Below, one piece after another: positions 9,018 to 19,032 of a DNA stretch of 64,000 bases. Source of the stretch: an uncultured Methanosarcinales archaeon (lineage in GTDB: Archaea > Nanobdellota > Nanobdellia > Woesearchaeales > GW2011-AR4). Made by a program: the position numbers and the translations under genes. Under the pieces are notes generated by a model, which was not told the origin of the DNA, searched no databases, and worked only from the letters and a program-made list of their open reading frames with translations. The first letter of the stretch is position 1. Each line of letters begins with the position of its first letter. The stretch is taken from positions 18 through 64,017 of the forward strand of contig CAZSIU010000001.1 of NCBI GenBank assembly GCA_964607225.1, given 5' to 3'.

Positions 9018-9876
9018 ATGACCTTTTAAGAAAAAGGTTTACATATTTGTTATTTTGACACATCTTTATAAGGGAGGAAGGATTAATAAGTTCTATGGTT
9101 TCTTTTTTTTCATTTATAAATTTAAGCTTAAAACCCTGCTGCTTTAAGAATTGTAAAAAATTTTTTGGAGAATATCCACCTTTTTTCAGATAGTTTGGAC
9201 TGAATTCACATAATATTATAAGACCTTTATTTCTTTTTATTACGCCAATCATACCTTGCATTGCTAAAAATTCTGCTCCTTGAATGTCAATTTTTGCTAT
9301 ATTTGGATTAATTTTTCCTTTGGTGAATTTATCTATCGTTGTTGCTTCAACTTTTATTGCCTTTCTTCCGTCCCCAGTATCATATAAACGATGGTCTCCT
9401 CTATGCTCTTGGGAAAGGTAGAAGTCTAGTGTTTCAGATTCATTGGATATAGCTTTTTGAACTGCCACTACATTTTTATATCCATTAACTTTAATGTTTT
9501 TGACGAGAAGCCTATAATTTGACGGGTCTGGTTCAAAGGCGTATACTTTTCCATTTTTACCTACCAGATTAGCAAAAATCAATGTATGATAGCCTATATT
9601 GGCTCCTATATCAAAAACTATCATTCCCTTTTTGATTATTTTCTCCATTAATTTTATTTCAAAATTTTCTAATGCTGATAACTTCCAAAGATACAGGGCA
9701 AGTATCCTGTCTACTGTGTTTGCATACATCCTATGTTTTTTAACTTTTACCATGATATCCTCATCTGGGCTAAAATGAATATTGATGAATCTTGCACATT
9801 TTCTAAAAAAAGGTATTTCTGCCAAATAATTCACAAGTACACCAGAAAAAAAATTAATAATATGTTGTATTGCCAT
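9013..9876 (-). CDS. FkbM-family methyltransferase
   Basis: FDIGANIGYHTLIFA...VYAFEPDPSNY... is the FkbM signature. Confidence 0.8.
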   Translation of the reverse strand: MAIQHIINFFSGVLVNYLAEIPFFRKCARFINIHFSPDEDIMVKVKKHRMYANTVDRILALYLWKLSALENFEIKLMEKIIKKGMIVFDIGANIGYHTLIFANLVGKNGKVYAFEPDPSNYRLLVKNIKVNGYKNVVAVQKAISNESETLDFYLSQEHRGDHRLYDTGDGRKAIKVEATTIDKFTKGKINPNIAKIDIQGAEFLAMQGMIGVIKRNKGLIILCEFSPNYLKKGGYSPKNFLQFLKQQGFKLKFINEKKETIELINPSSLIKMCQNNKYVNLFLKRSS

Positions 9877-9991
9877 TGCAAACCACTGTTAATTATGAAA
9901 TTATTTAAAAATTATCTTTTTTGATTAGACTAAAGTTAAATGCGCTAAGTATTTATATCTTCTTGAAAATGGTCTAAAATTAAATAAGAAT

Positions 9992-10006
9992 ATTTTAAAT
10001 ATAAGA
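9992..10006 (+). promoter_or_regulatory. Putative TATA box (ttttaaatata), about 21 nt before the ATG at 10025
   Basis: The spacing matches that of the other candidate promoters in this window. Confidence 0.3.
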
Positions 10007-10024
10007 TGATATAGCTCAACTAAA

Positions 10025-11515
10025 ATGCGTAAAAAGTTAATTAGAGGTAAATACAAAAACACTATTTTACTTGGGCTAATACTAATTTTTGCGCTTGTAT
10101 TAAGATTGGTATTTTTTACCGGAGTAGACGAATCAGATTCTCTCAGTTATGTCGAATTTGCCAACATGCTTTCACAAGGTGAATCACTTAAAGATGTAAA
10201 GCCTCATGGCTTTAGACTTGGAATCATATTTCCTGTTGCAGTTTTATATTCAACCTTAGGGGTTAGCGGATTTACATCTAGCATATTGATATTGTTAATT
10301 TCGCTTGCTTCTATTGTTCTGATTTATAAGTTTGGCGTGATGTTGTTTAACCAGAAAGTAGGATTATTGAGCGCATTTTTATTAAGCTTCTTTCCTCTGG
10401 ATGTTGTATATTCAACTAAATTTATGACAGACCTACCATCCGCATTTTTTGTGGCATTATCAGTATACTTTTTCTTAAAATCGGAAAAAGTAGATAAAAA
10501 GAAAAGTGCCAATTCATATTGTCTTTTTTCAGGTTTATCTTTAGGGATAGCATATTTAATGAAAGAACTATCTTTGATAATAGCTTTATTTTTTATAATT
10601 TATACATTTTACAACAAAAAAATAGAAAATAGATATTTTTTAATACCATTGGGATTTATTTTAATAATTAGTTTGGAATTTGTATTTTTCTTTAAACTCA
10701 CTGGAAATCCTTTTTTTAGGTATTCCGCAATTAGTTCTGACTGGGCTAATGCCATTATAGAAACAAATATGTATGGAAGAGGAGATTTCCCTATAGGCTT
10801 ATTCCATTATTTTTATTTCATATTTACTGATCACTTTTTGGTCCTGTTTTATTCATTCATCTTTGTATCTGTGTTTTATTGTATAGCAAATAGGAAAAAA
10901 GAAACATACCCTATGCTTTTTTGGTTTATCCCATTACTTCTTTACCTCAGTTTTGGCTCAGCCAACATTACTAAATATGTGCTCATACCTGCTGCTTCAA
11001 GATTTTTATTTATAATAAATGTCCCGGGGATATTGCTACTATCACATTTCCTGTCACAAAAAGAACCATCAATAAAAAAAATTTTAATGCCTAGTATATT
11101 GGCATTATTATTAGCAACATCAATTGGTTATATTTACCTTTCAGAGCATAGATTTGTATTAGATGACGAAAGAGATGCATATAAATACTTAAAAGCTTTG
11201 CCTGAAAAACAAGTTTATACTGACCATAGAACTATAAGGATATTTAATTACCTTTCAGGGTATAAGGACAGCGATAATATCAAAAGCTTTAATAATTACG
11301 AATTCTTAAATCCAAAAAATACTTATGCACTGAACCTAAGTAATGTAAAAGACTCCTATGTTGTCATAAACTGGAAATTGATAAACTATTTTGCTTCCAG
11401 CAAAAAAGGTATTGTATTTCCTAAAGAGATCTATTATACTCCACAAACTTGGATTTTAAAAAAAGAGATTGAAAAAAAGGGAAAAGATAAGATTATGATA
11501 TATTATGCTCCTTAA
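10025..11515 (+). CDS. GT-C fold membrane glycosyltransferase (ArnT/PMT family 39-like)
   Basis: It has more than 10 predicted TM helices. The DVVYSTKFMTDLPSAFF loop resembles the ArnT/PMT family. It is 496 aa. Confidence 0.65.
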   Translation: MRKKLIRGKYKNTILLGLILIFALVLRLVFFTGVDESDSLSYVEFANMLSQGESLKDVKPHGFRLGIIFPVAVLYSTLGVSGFTSSILILLISLASIVLIYKFGVMLFNQKVGLLSAFLLSFFPLDVVYSTKFMTDLPSAFFVALSVYFFLKSEKVDKKKSANSYCLFSGLSLGIAYLMKELSLIIALFFIIYTFYNKKIENRYFLIPLGFILIISLEFVFFFKLTGNPFFRYSAISSDWANAIIETNMYGRGDFPIGLFHYFYFIFTDHFLVLFYSFIFVSVFYCIANRKKETYPMLFWFIPLLLYLSFGSANITKYVLIPAASRFLFIINVPGILLLSHFLSQKEPSIKKILMPSILALLLATSIGYIYLSEHRFVLDDERDAYKYLKALPEKQVYTDHRTIRIFNYLSGYKDSDNIKSFNNYEFLNPKNTYALNLSNVKDSYVVINWKLINYFASSKKGIVFPKEIYYTPQTWILKKEIEKKGKDKIMIYYAP

Positions 11516-12201
11516 TTTTGTATTTTTGCTATAACAACCTGTATCAAACCAAATTTTTTGATGATGGGAATATTACCCAATACTTTATTTGCAATATGAG
11601 AAAGTATTGTAATATGTATTGGAAGCAACAAAACATTTTCAGATTTTAATATCTTTAGATTATTTGAAATGAGTGCATTTGTTACATCTTTTTTTGAAGC
11701 CCATTTGTGAGGACCTTCGGGCATTTTCAATTTTAATTTTTCGGCTAATTCTAAAATCCGGCCCCATAAAGGGTTAGAGGTTGTTATCAATAGATTTGAA
11801 TTGCTATGCATGCATTCTCTAATGCTGTTTATTGCTTTATCAATATTTGATAGATGCTCAACAACATCTAACATAATGATAATATCAAATTTCTCTTTGA
11901 GGTCAAATTTTTCGATATTATGAACTTCAAATTTTATATTTTGATTAGCTTTGTATTTTTTTCTGGCTATTTTAATCATATTTTTGCTTATGTCAATACC
12001 TAAACCAAATTTTGGATTAAGACCAACCAGTATATCTCCTGTACCACAACCTATGTCCAAAACTTTTTTTTCAGAAAATGAAAAATATTTTAATGGTAAT
12101 TTTTTTAAGTTTTCGTGGTAATACCAATTCTTCTTTTTACCGCAATCATATTTATTGGCAAGGAAATCAAAATGTTGCTCGGATGTACTGTTATCTTCCA
12201 T
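11512..12201 (-). CDS. Class I SAM methyltransferase (paralogue of the N-domain of the MT-GT2 fusion at 19033-20445)
   Basis: It carries VLDIGCGTGD. LAEKLKLKMPEGPHKW aligns to LAEKLKLKTPTKEQNW in the fusion protein. Confidence 0.75.
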   Translation of the reverse strand: MEDNSTSEQHFDFLANKYDCGKKKNWYYHENLKKLPLKYFSFSEKKVLDIGCGTGDILVGLNPKFGLGIDISKNMIKIARKKYKANQNIKFEVHNIEKFDLKEKFDIIIMLDVVEHLSNIDKAINSIRECMHSNSNLLITTSNPLWGRILELAEKLKLKMPEGPHKWASKKDVTNALISNNLKILKSENVLLLPIHITILSHIANKVLGNIPIIKKFGLIQVVIAKIQN

Positions 12202-12365
12202 TTTCTTGAAAAAGAATACAAAAATTTATAAAATATTCGGTTTTAAGGATTAGTTGAAGAAAGAAAAAAGAATTACACAAAAATAGGTTGGATAAAATAC
12301 TTTTTTAATATAACTGATGAGGGATTAAAATAAACAACAAATATAGAAATACTATTAGCCTGAGT

Positions 12366-13802
12366 TTGATTCTAATATTTGCTCTAATATTGAGGTTAAT
12401 CTTTTTTACAGGTATAGATATGTCAGATTCTGTGGGGTATGCAGGATATGCAAATATGCTTGCAAAAAATGAACCAATTGAAGAAACTCATTATAATGGT
12501 TTAAGACTCGGAATATTATTTCCTGTGTCTCTATTATATAATATTTTTGGAGTTAATGAGTTTTCATCTAATATATTGATATTGCTTATATCTTTAAGTT
12601 CTATTATCTTAATATATAAATTTGGCAAACTCCTATTTAATGATAAAGTTGGTCTATTAAGTGCATTTCTATTAAGTTTTTTTCCTTGGGATGTGGTATA
12701 TGCAACCCAGCTTTTGACTGATTTGCCAGCTGCTTTTTTTGTCGCAGTATCCATATATTTCTTCTTAAAATCAGAAATGATTAGAGATAGTGCAAAATCA
12801 AATATTTACTGTCTTTTTTCTGGTTTGTGGTTAGGCATAGCTTTTTTGACTAAAGAATTATATTTAATCATAGGTTTGTTTTTTATATCTTATATTTTGT
12901 ATAAGAAGAAAATAAAAATTAAGTATTTTTGGATAGCATTGGGATTTATTTTGATTTTCAGCTTTGAATTGATATTTTTCTTTAATACTACTGGAGACCC
13001 TTTTTATAAGTACTCTGCAATAAGCGCCTATTGGACACCAGTTCTTTCAGTGACAAATCATTATGTAAGAGAAGATTTTCCATCAGCTTTGTTTCATTAT
13101 TTTTACCTCATATTCACTGATGATTTTTTAGTCATATTCTATTCTCTTATATTTATAGCTATAGTTTATTGTATAGTTAACAAAAAAAAAGAGACTTATA
13201 CTTTATTATTTTGGTTTATACCAGTATTTTTTTACCTCAATTTTGGTTCAATTAGCATTGCTAAGTATATTCTGATACCGGCCAGCCCAAGGCATTTATT
13301 CATATTAAGCATCCCGGCAATATTGCTGCTATCATTTTTCTTATTGCAAAGAGATCAAATCATAAAGAGGATTTTAATGCCTTCTATGCTCATATTATTG
13401 TTAACTACTTCAGTTGGCAATGTCTATGTTTCGGAATTTAGATTTTCGGTCGACGATGAAAAAGAGGCCTACAACTATCTAAAGACTTTGCCAAACAAAC
13501 AGATTTATACTGATTACAAGACCATAAGGATTTTTAATTATCTTTCTGGATTTAAAAGCAATAATACCAAAAGTTTTCACAATTACGAATTCTTAGATCC
13601 AGAAAATACTTATGCTTTGAATTTAAGTAAAGCAAAAGATTCGTATGTTGTTATAAACTGGAATTTGATAAATTTCTTCGTTTCTAGCAAAAAGGGTATT
13701 GAACTTCCTGATGAAATTTATAACATTCCAGAAAATTGGATATTAAAAAAGGAGATCGGGAAAGGTAAAGATAAGATTATGATATATTATGCATCTAATT
13801 AA
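12366..13802 (+). CDS. GT-C fold membrane glycosyltransferase, tandem paralogue of 10025-11515
   Basis: Identity to the upstream paralogue is high throughout (ILIFALILRLIFFTGIDMSDS...DVVYATQLLTDLPAAFF). There is no in-frame ATG; the apparent start is TTG at 12366, and a stop lies 36 nt upstream. Confidence 0.6.
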   Translation: MILIFALILRLIFFTGIDMSDSVGYAGYANMLAKNEPIEETHYNGLRLGILFPVSLLYNIFGVNEFSSNILILLISLSSIILIYKFGKLLFNDKVGLLSAFLLSFFPWDVVYATQLLTDLPAAFFVAVSIYFFLKSEMIRDSAKSNIYCLFSGLWLGIAFLTKELYLIIGLFFISYILYKKKIKIKYFWIALGFILIFSFELIFFFNTTGDPFYKYSAISAYWTPVLSVTNHYVREDFPSALFHYFYLIFTDDFLVIFYSLIFIAIVYCIVNKKKETYTLLFWFIPVFFYLNFGSISIAKYILIPASPRHLFILSIPAILLLSFFLLQRDQIIKRILMPSMLILLLTTSVGNVYVSEFRFSVDDEKEAYNYLKTLPNKQIYTDYKTIRIFNYLSGFKSNNTKSFHNYEFLDPENTYALNLSKAKDSYVVINWNLINFFVSSKKGIELPDEIYNIPENWILKKEIGKGKDKIMIYYASN

Positions 13803-13956
13803 TATTTTCAAGCCAGAAATATGTAAAGTAAAGTTCTTAACGTACCTTTTTCCTATTTGTTTTCAAAGGAGTGTTGTGGAAAGAATATAAGAAATGTTAT
13901 GTACCGCAGAGTTCAGAGAATCTGCTTATGAGTGATTTATAAGTAACTAATCTAAA

Positions 13957-15510
13957 TCAACTACCAAGTACCTTGCTTTTGGATGAGTAGTAATACCTGT
14001 AGTCGTAATAAAATTTTTGAATAGAGAACCTTATTCTTACATAATCCAATTTCTTAGCGTAGTTTAGAAGATATTTTAACAGCCCCATCCTACCCCTTAT
14101 TATTCTGTTAGCTCTTAAGAAAAACATAATAACAGGCTTGAACCTGGAATTTCTTACATTATCCTTCAATAAAAACAACTTCAGGCTCTTTGGGATCCAT
14201 CTTATGTCACATATGTAGTACATTAAGTTCAAATAAGTATTCTTAATGCTATAGTAGTGTTTTCCTATAGTTTCGTCATTCTCTTTTACAATGCCATCTG
14301 CAATTGCTTTCAAATGAATGTCCGTATTTGGATAAAAAGTCAATGAAAAAAGGCTTATTTTAAATGGACGGGGTATTTCAAGTATGAAATTCAGGGTTTG
14401 TATTGTCTCTTCTTCAGTCTCCCAGGGATTGTCCAGAATTAAATCATATGTAGCCTTTAAATCTTTGAATTTGTTGATTATTTTGCAGGCTTCAAGTATT
14501 TTCTTATTAGGAACTCTTCTTTGATACATCTCTTGTATTCTTTCAACTCCAGATTCTATTCCCATTCTTATTTTTGTCATTCCAGCCTCTACCATTGGTC
14601 TTAGCAATTCCTCTTTTATTACCATTGGCTGGCCGCCTGTAACATATATGGGCATATTTACATATTTTTTGTATTCATCTCTGAAGTATTCCATCTCCTC
14701 CTTGCTGTAAAAGAAAAAAGTGTCGTCATCTATCCTAAGCTGGGTAAAAAAAGGAAACTTTTTTTTGATGTAACTTAATTCGTCAAGCACATTTTTTATA
14801 TGCCTCTTTCTGAACCTGAACTTGAACCTTTTGTTGTAGATGTTATGTATGCAGAAGCTGCAAGTATAGGGGCAGCCGAAAGTAAATTGTGTAGAATATG
14901 TTTCCCCATAAAAACACCGGAATAAATCAACAGTCATTGGCTGAACTTTATTTTTAAAAAGGATATGGTGGTCTTCCAAATCATAATCTGGGGTAGGGAT
15001 TTTATCTACCTTCTCAAAAAGGGCGCTCTCATTTTTTGTTATCTGCCCATTTTGCTTATACCAGATGTTTGGTATTCCGGAGTAATCAGCATTTCCTTCT
15101 TTCATTCTTTTTGCCAATTCCAGCAAAGTATCATCTCCCTCTCCAACACATATCATGTCGGTTTCTTCAAGGCATTGCTCTGGGTCAGTGCTTGGATGAG
15201 AGCCTCCGCCTATGATTGGAGTGTCGTGTTTGCTCCTGATGGCCTTTATCAACTGGACAGCATTATACCAGTAATTGCTCATCAGGGAAATTCCAATCAA
15301 TCTTGCATCTTTGCAAAGTACAGTCACCTGCTCCAGCACCTCCTCAGAGTACCTCTTGGAAAACGGCTGCGGCAAAAAGATAATTTTTGTCTTAAATCCG
15401 GCTTTTTTTAGGTAAGCTGAAACCCTTCTTATATTATAGCATTGTATGTCAGAAGCTATGGAAATGAACACCAAATCCACTTGCTCTTTTTGTTCAAGAT
15501 TTTCTTGCAT
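13957..15510 (-). CDS. B12-binding (class B) radical SAM enzyme
   Basis: It has an N-terminal B12-binding-like domain and a CPYTCSFCIHN (CxxxCxxC) cluster. It is 517 aa. Confidence 0.8.
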   Translation of the reverse strand: MQENLEQKEQVDLVFISIASDIQCYNIRRVSAYLKKAGFKTKIIFLPQPFSKRYSEEVLEQVTVLCKDARLIGISLMSNYWYNAVQLIKAIRSKHDTPIIGGGSHPSTDPEQCLEETDMICVGEGDDTLLELAKRMKEGNADYSGIPNIWYKQNGQITKNESALFEKVDKIPTPDYDLEDHHILFKNKVQPMTVDLFRCFYGETYSTQFTFGCPYTCSFCIHNIYNKRFKFRFRKRHIKNVLDELSYIKKKFPFFTQLRIDDDTFFFYSKEEMEYFRDEYKKYVNMPIYVTGGQPMVIKEELLRPMVEAGMTKIRMGIESGVERIQEMYQRRVPNKKILEACKIINKFKDLKATYDLILDNPWETEEETIQTLNFILEIPRPFKISLFSLTFYPNTDIHLKAIADGIVKENDETIGKHYYSIKNTYLNLMYYICDIRWIPKSLKLFLLKDNVRNSRFKPVIMFFLRANRIIRGRMGLLKYLLNYAKKLDYVRIRFSIQKFYYDYRYYYSSKSKVLGS

Positions 15511-15862
15511 ATTTGCATATATGAATGCATTATATTTAAACTTTACTTTAATTTAAAGATAATATGAAATCTGCGGGACATTTATAAATCCCGCAGTTCA
15601 ATCACCAATGGTGATGTCCCACGATATTATGCACAATAGGCCATGGGGGGAGTGATTTTGCAAAAAAAGCATAATAAACCTATAAGGTTTGGTTCAGATG
15701 GCTTAGAGCATTACATGAGGGGCTTTATGAATTTCTTTAGTAGGATTGCAGAGATGACGCATGGAGTACTTATAGCTTCTAAGAAGTACAAGCTTGAGCA
15801 TAACAATAACAGAATAGAAAAATTTAAGAATAGTGTAAACTTTTAGATGATTGGTTATAATG

Positions 15863-17164
15863 AAAGTTGTATTCCTTAATGTAGAATCGAATAAAAAAGT
15901 CTATAGGGATTATAATGGAGGTTATGGTACAAGCTTTCATGCTGGGAAATCTTTCTTAGGAAGAGTTTTAACATATATGAGGACACATAAGGAAAACTTT
16001 CCTTATATGCCTTATGCATACGGTGCAACTATTTTACACCAGAGAGGACATGATGTTTCCATTGAAACTAACACTTTACCAGATGCAGATCTAGTTATTT
16101 TGCATGCTTCCATGCCGAATCATTCTCACGAAATAAAATATCTAAAGGAATTAAAAGAGAAAGGCACTAATATTGGAATCATAGGACCATTCGCTTCTAT
16201 TAAACCAGAGTTATTTGAGGATGCTTCATTTATTGCCATGAGCGAACCTGAAAGTATCATTATGGATATAGCCAATAAAGGAACTATACCTAAAGGGCGC
16301 GTGTATTGTCCACCCATAGAAAATTTAGATGAGCTGCCTTATCCAGATTGGAGTTTATTCCCTCTTAACGAATATTCATATAGCCCTATTATTAATAAAA
16401 AACCATTCACTTTCGTTCTTGGTAGTAGAGGATGTAGTTATGGGTGCAATTATTGTCCCTACATATCAGAGTCCAATAATGGAAGAAGATTTCGTAAACG
16501 CTCTGTTAATAACATTGTTGGCGAACTAAAATATCTCAAAGAAAAATTTGGTGTAAAAGGCGTCCAATTTAGGGATCCTATTTTTACACTGGATATGAAG
16601 AGGATCGAGGAATTATGTAAGGCAATCATAAAAGAAGGTATTGATATGGAACTTGGATGTGAAACACGAGCTGATAGGTTGAATGAAGATTTACTTAATT
16701 TAATGTATAAAGCGGGTTTTAGGATAATTAAGCTTGGGATAGAATCCGCAAGCCCCGAAGTTTTAAGAAAGTCTAAAAGACTCCCTATAGAATTGGAACA
16801 TCAAGAATATATAATAAAGCATTGCGATAAAATTGGTATGAAAGTTGTAGGTTTTTATATAATAGGATTAGAAAATGACACTCACGAATCTGTAAAATCC
16901 ACTATTTCATATGCAAAATTGCTTAATACGGATTTTGCTAACTTCACAGTATGCACTCCAATTCCTGGAACAGAATTTTATGAAATTGTAAAGGATAAAA
17001 TATTTACAGAGAATTATGATATGTTCGACAACTTTCACCCTACATTCCATCATAATAACTTGTCCACTAAAGACATAGTCAAATACCAAGAAAAAGCCTT
17101 TATTTCATACTACTTAAGACTAGGATATATTTATAAATATTTTAAGAATAAGTTAAGGCGCTAG
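15863..17164 (+). CDS. B12-binding (class B) radical SAM enzyme
   Basis: It has the GSRGCSYGCNYCPY motif preceded by a B12-binding-like N-domain. The start was trimmed to MKVVFLN. Confidence 0.8.
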   Translation, partial: KVVFLNVESNKKVYRDYNGGYGTSFHAGKSFLGRVLTYMRTHKENFPYMPYAYGATILHQRGHDVSIETNTLPDADLVILHASMPNHSHEIKYLKELKEKGTNIGIIGPFASIKPELFEDASFIAMSEPESIIMDIANKGTIPKGRVYCPPIENLDELPYPDWSLFPLNEYSYSPIINKKPFTFVLGSRGCSYGCNYCPYISESNNGRRFRKRSVNNIVGELKYLKEKFGVKGVQFRDPIFTLDMKRIEELCKAIIKEGIDMELGCETRADRLNEDLLNLMYKAGFRIIKLGIESASPEVLRKSKRLPIELEHQEYIIKHCDKIGMKVVGFYIIGLENDTHESVKSTISYAKLLNTDFANFTVCTPIPGTEFYEIVKDKIFTENYDMFDNFHPTFHHNNLSTKDIVKYQEKAFISYYLRLGYIYKYFKNKLRR

Positions 17165-17238
17165 CTAATTTAAAGGGAAAGGATTAATTTTCAGTTTCCA
17201 TAATATAGAGGCAATGCAATATATACACAGATTTTTTC

Positions 17239-18090
17239 CTATGCATTTTTTAATAAGATGTCTACTCCTTCTTCTATACCACTAAGTCTTATATGAAATG
17301 TTTTTTCGATGTTTTTAACATTATAGACCATATCTATTTTGAGATTATCTAATTGTACAGTTGTTACCGGAGGATTTTTTAGTAATTTTTGGAGCAAATA
17401 AGAAAATGGCCTTATTACACATATAGGAATGTGTACTTTTATTCTTTTTAATTTTAATTTCTTAATAATTGAGTTTACAAGGTCATTGTAACTAACAATA
17501 GACTTACCAGCAACCAAGAAAGTGCCTTTGATATTTTTATTTATGCAGCATTCTATTATCTTTATTAGATCTCCTAAATATATAGGCTGTAATAAATTTT
17601 TGCCATTTCCTATTATTGGCACTACAGGATAAGTTTTTACAATCTTACTAAGTCTTCCAATATACTTATCACCAATTCCATACACTATAGTTGGTCTTAA
17701 TATGACAAAATTTTTTAATACCCTTACTATTTTTTCTGCTTGCCTTTTTGTTTCAGAATAGTTATCTTTACCAAATAAAACATTATGGGTACTTAAAAAA
17801 ATAAATCTCTTGTTATATTTTTTAGCTTCGTCAACTAATAGCTTAGTATAATCAACATTAATTTTCCATATTTTTTTATCAAATGGGTTAACACTAGCTG
17901 CTAAATGTATTATTACGTCTGAATTTCTTATGGCTTTTTTAATTTTGTCTTTGTTATTAAATGGAATAGTACTCTTATCTTCAATATTCCTACTTACACA
18001 AATTGTTTTATATTTCTTTTTATCTAAATATTTTATTAGCTCAGATCCTACAAAACCACTACATCCAGTTACCAAATTTTTTTGTGTCAT
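17239..18090 (-). CDS. NAD-dependent epimerase/dehydratase family protein
   Basis: It has VTGCSGFVGSELIKYL and YSETKRQAE (YxxxK). Confidence 0.7.
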   Translation of the reverse strand: MTQKNLVTGCSGFVGSELIKYLDKKKYKTICVSRNIEDKSTIPFNNKDKIKKAIRNSDVIIHLAASVNPFDKKIWKINVDYTKLLVDEAKKYNKRFIFLSTHNVLFGKDNYSETKRQAEKIVRVLKNFVILRPTIVYGIGDKYIGRLSKIVKTYPVVPIIGNGKNLLQPIYLGDLIKIIECCINKNIKGTFLVAGKSIVSYNDLVNSIIKKLKLKRIKVHIPICVIRPFSYLLQKLLKNPPVTTVQLDNLKIDMVYNVKNIEKTFHIRLSGIEEGVDILLKNA

Positions 18091-18202
18091 TTTATCTGTT
18101 AAATTTGATAACGATTCAATATAAAATGACTTCTAAATGATTTTATCAATATACTATTCATAAATTATTTGGTTTGTAACAAGTCATTAATCAACAATAT
18201 TA

Positions 18203-18916
18203 TTATTTAATATCATGATCTTTCTTATACTTTAGTCGTATCTTTATCAAGTCAATAAACATTTTTATTGGATCAATTATAGGATTAATTTTGCTATCTA
18301 GAGAATTTTCCCAAATTACTGGAACTTCCTTAATCTTATAACCAGTATCTATAGCTAATTTTAATATTTCTACGTCAAAACAGAAGCCCTTTATCGTTTG
18401 CTTTTTGAATAAATCTTTAGCTACATCTCTTTTGAATAACTTAAACCCACACTGGGTGTCTCTTATGTCTTTTAGAACTATTAAGTTCACCATGATAGGA
18501 AAAATCCTTCCTGGTATTCTCCTATAAAATGGTTGTTTAATCGTAATCAAAGACCCATCCATTCTTCTAGAACCAATTACTATATCATAACTGTCTATAT
18601 ATTCCAGTAAATTGTTCAATCCTTCAATTGGTGTACTTAAATCAGCATCCGAAAAAAGTATTAGATTTTTTTTAGCACTTAAAACACCCTTTTTTATTGA
18701 GTATCCCTTTCCTAAATTTTTTTTATTTTTAATTAACACTACATTTTTTGAGTGAAAACTTTTTACAATATCTCCAGTCTTATCCTTAGAACAATCATCT
18801 ACTACAATAATCTCATAATCAAATTTCTTATTTTCAAAGAAGCTAATTATCTTAGAAACACTGTTCCTTATTATTTTCTCTTCATTATAAGCAGGAATTA
18901 TCACTGAAATATTCAT
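18203..18916 (-). CDS. GT2 polyprenol-phosphate glycosyltransferase (DPM1/GtrB-like)
   Basis: Motifs are ISVIIPAYNEE, VVDDCSKDKT and DADLS. Confidence 0.8.
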   Translation of the reverse strand: MNISVIIPAYNEEKIIRNSVSKIISFFENKKFDYEIIVVDDCSKDKTGDIVKSFHSKNVVLIKNKKNLGKGYSIKKGVLSAKKNLILFSDADLSTPIEGLNNLLEYIDSYDIVIGSRRMDGSLITIKQPFYRRIPGRIFPIMVNLIVLKDIRDTQCGFKLFKRDVAKDLFKKQTIKGFCFDVEILKLAIDTGYKIKEVPVIWENSLDSKINPIIDPIKMFIDLIKIRLKYKKDHDIK

Positions 18917-19032
18917 AATACCTTCTGCAATTATTCAAATTTATAAATATTTTCCTTACGATAGGAATCAATCTCGTATAAAAAGGTCAATTAGTTTTTG
19001 AGGATTTTTTTCTAACAGAAGAATATATCTTT

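Noticed and set aside
15643-15846. 67-aa ORF between the two B12-radical-SAM genes
   Set aside because: It has no recognisable domain and lies in the divergent promoter region. It could be a real small protein, but there is nothing to support it.
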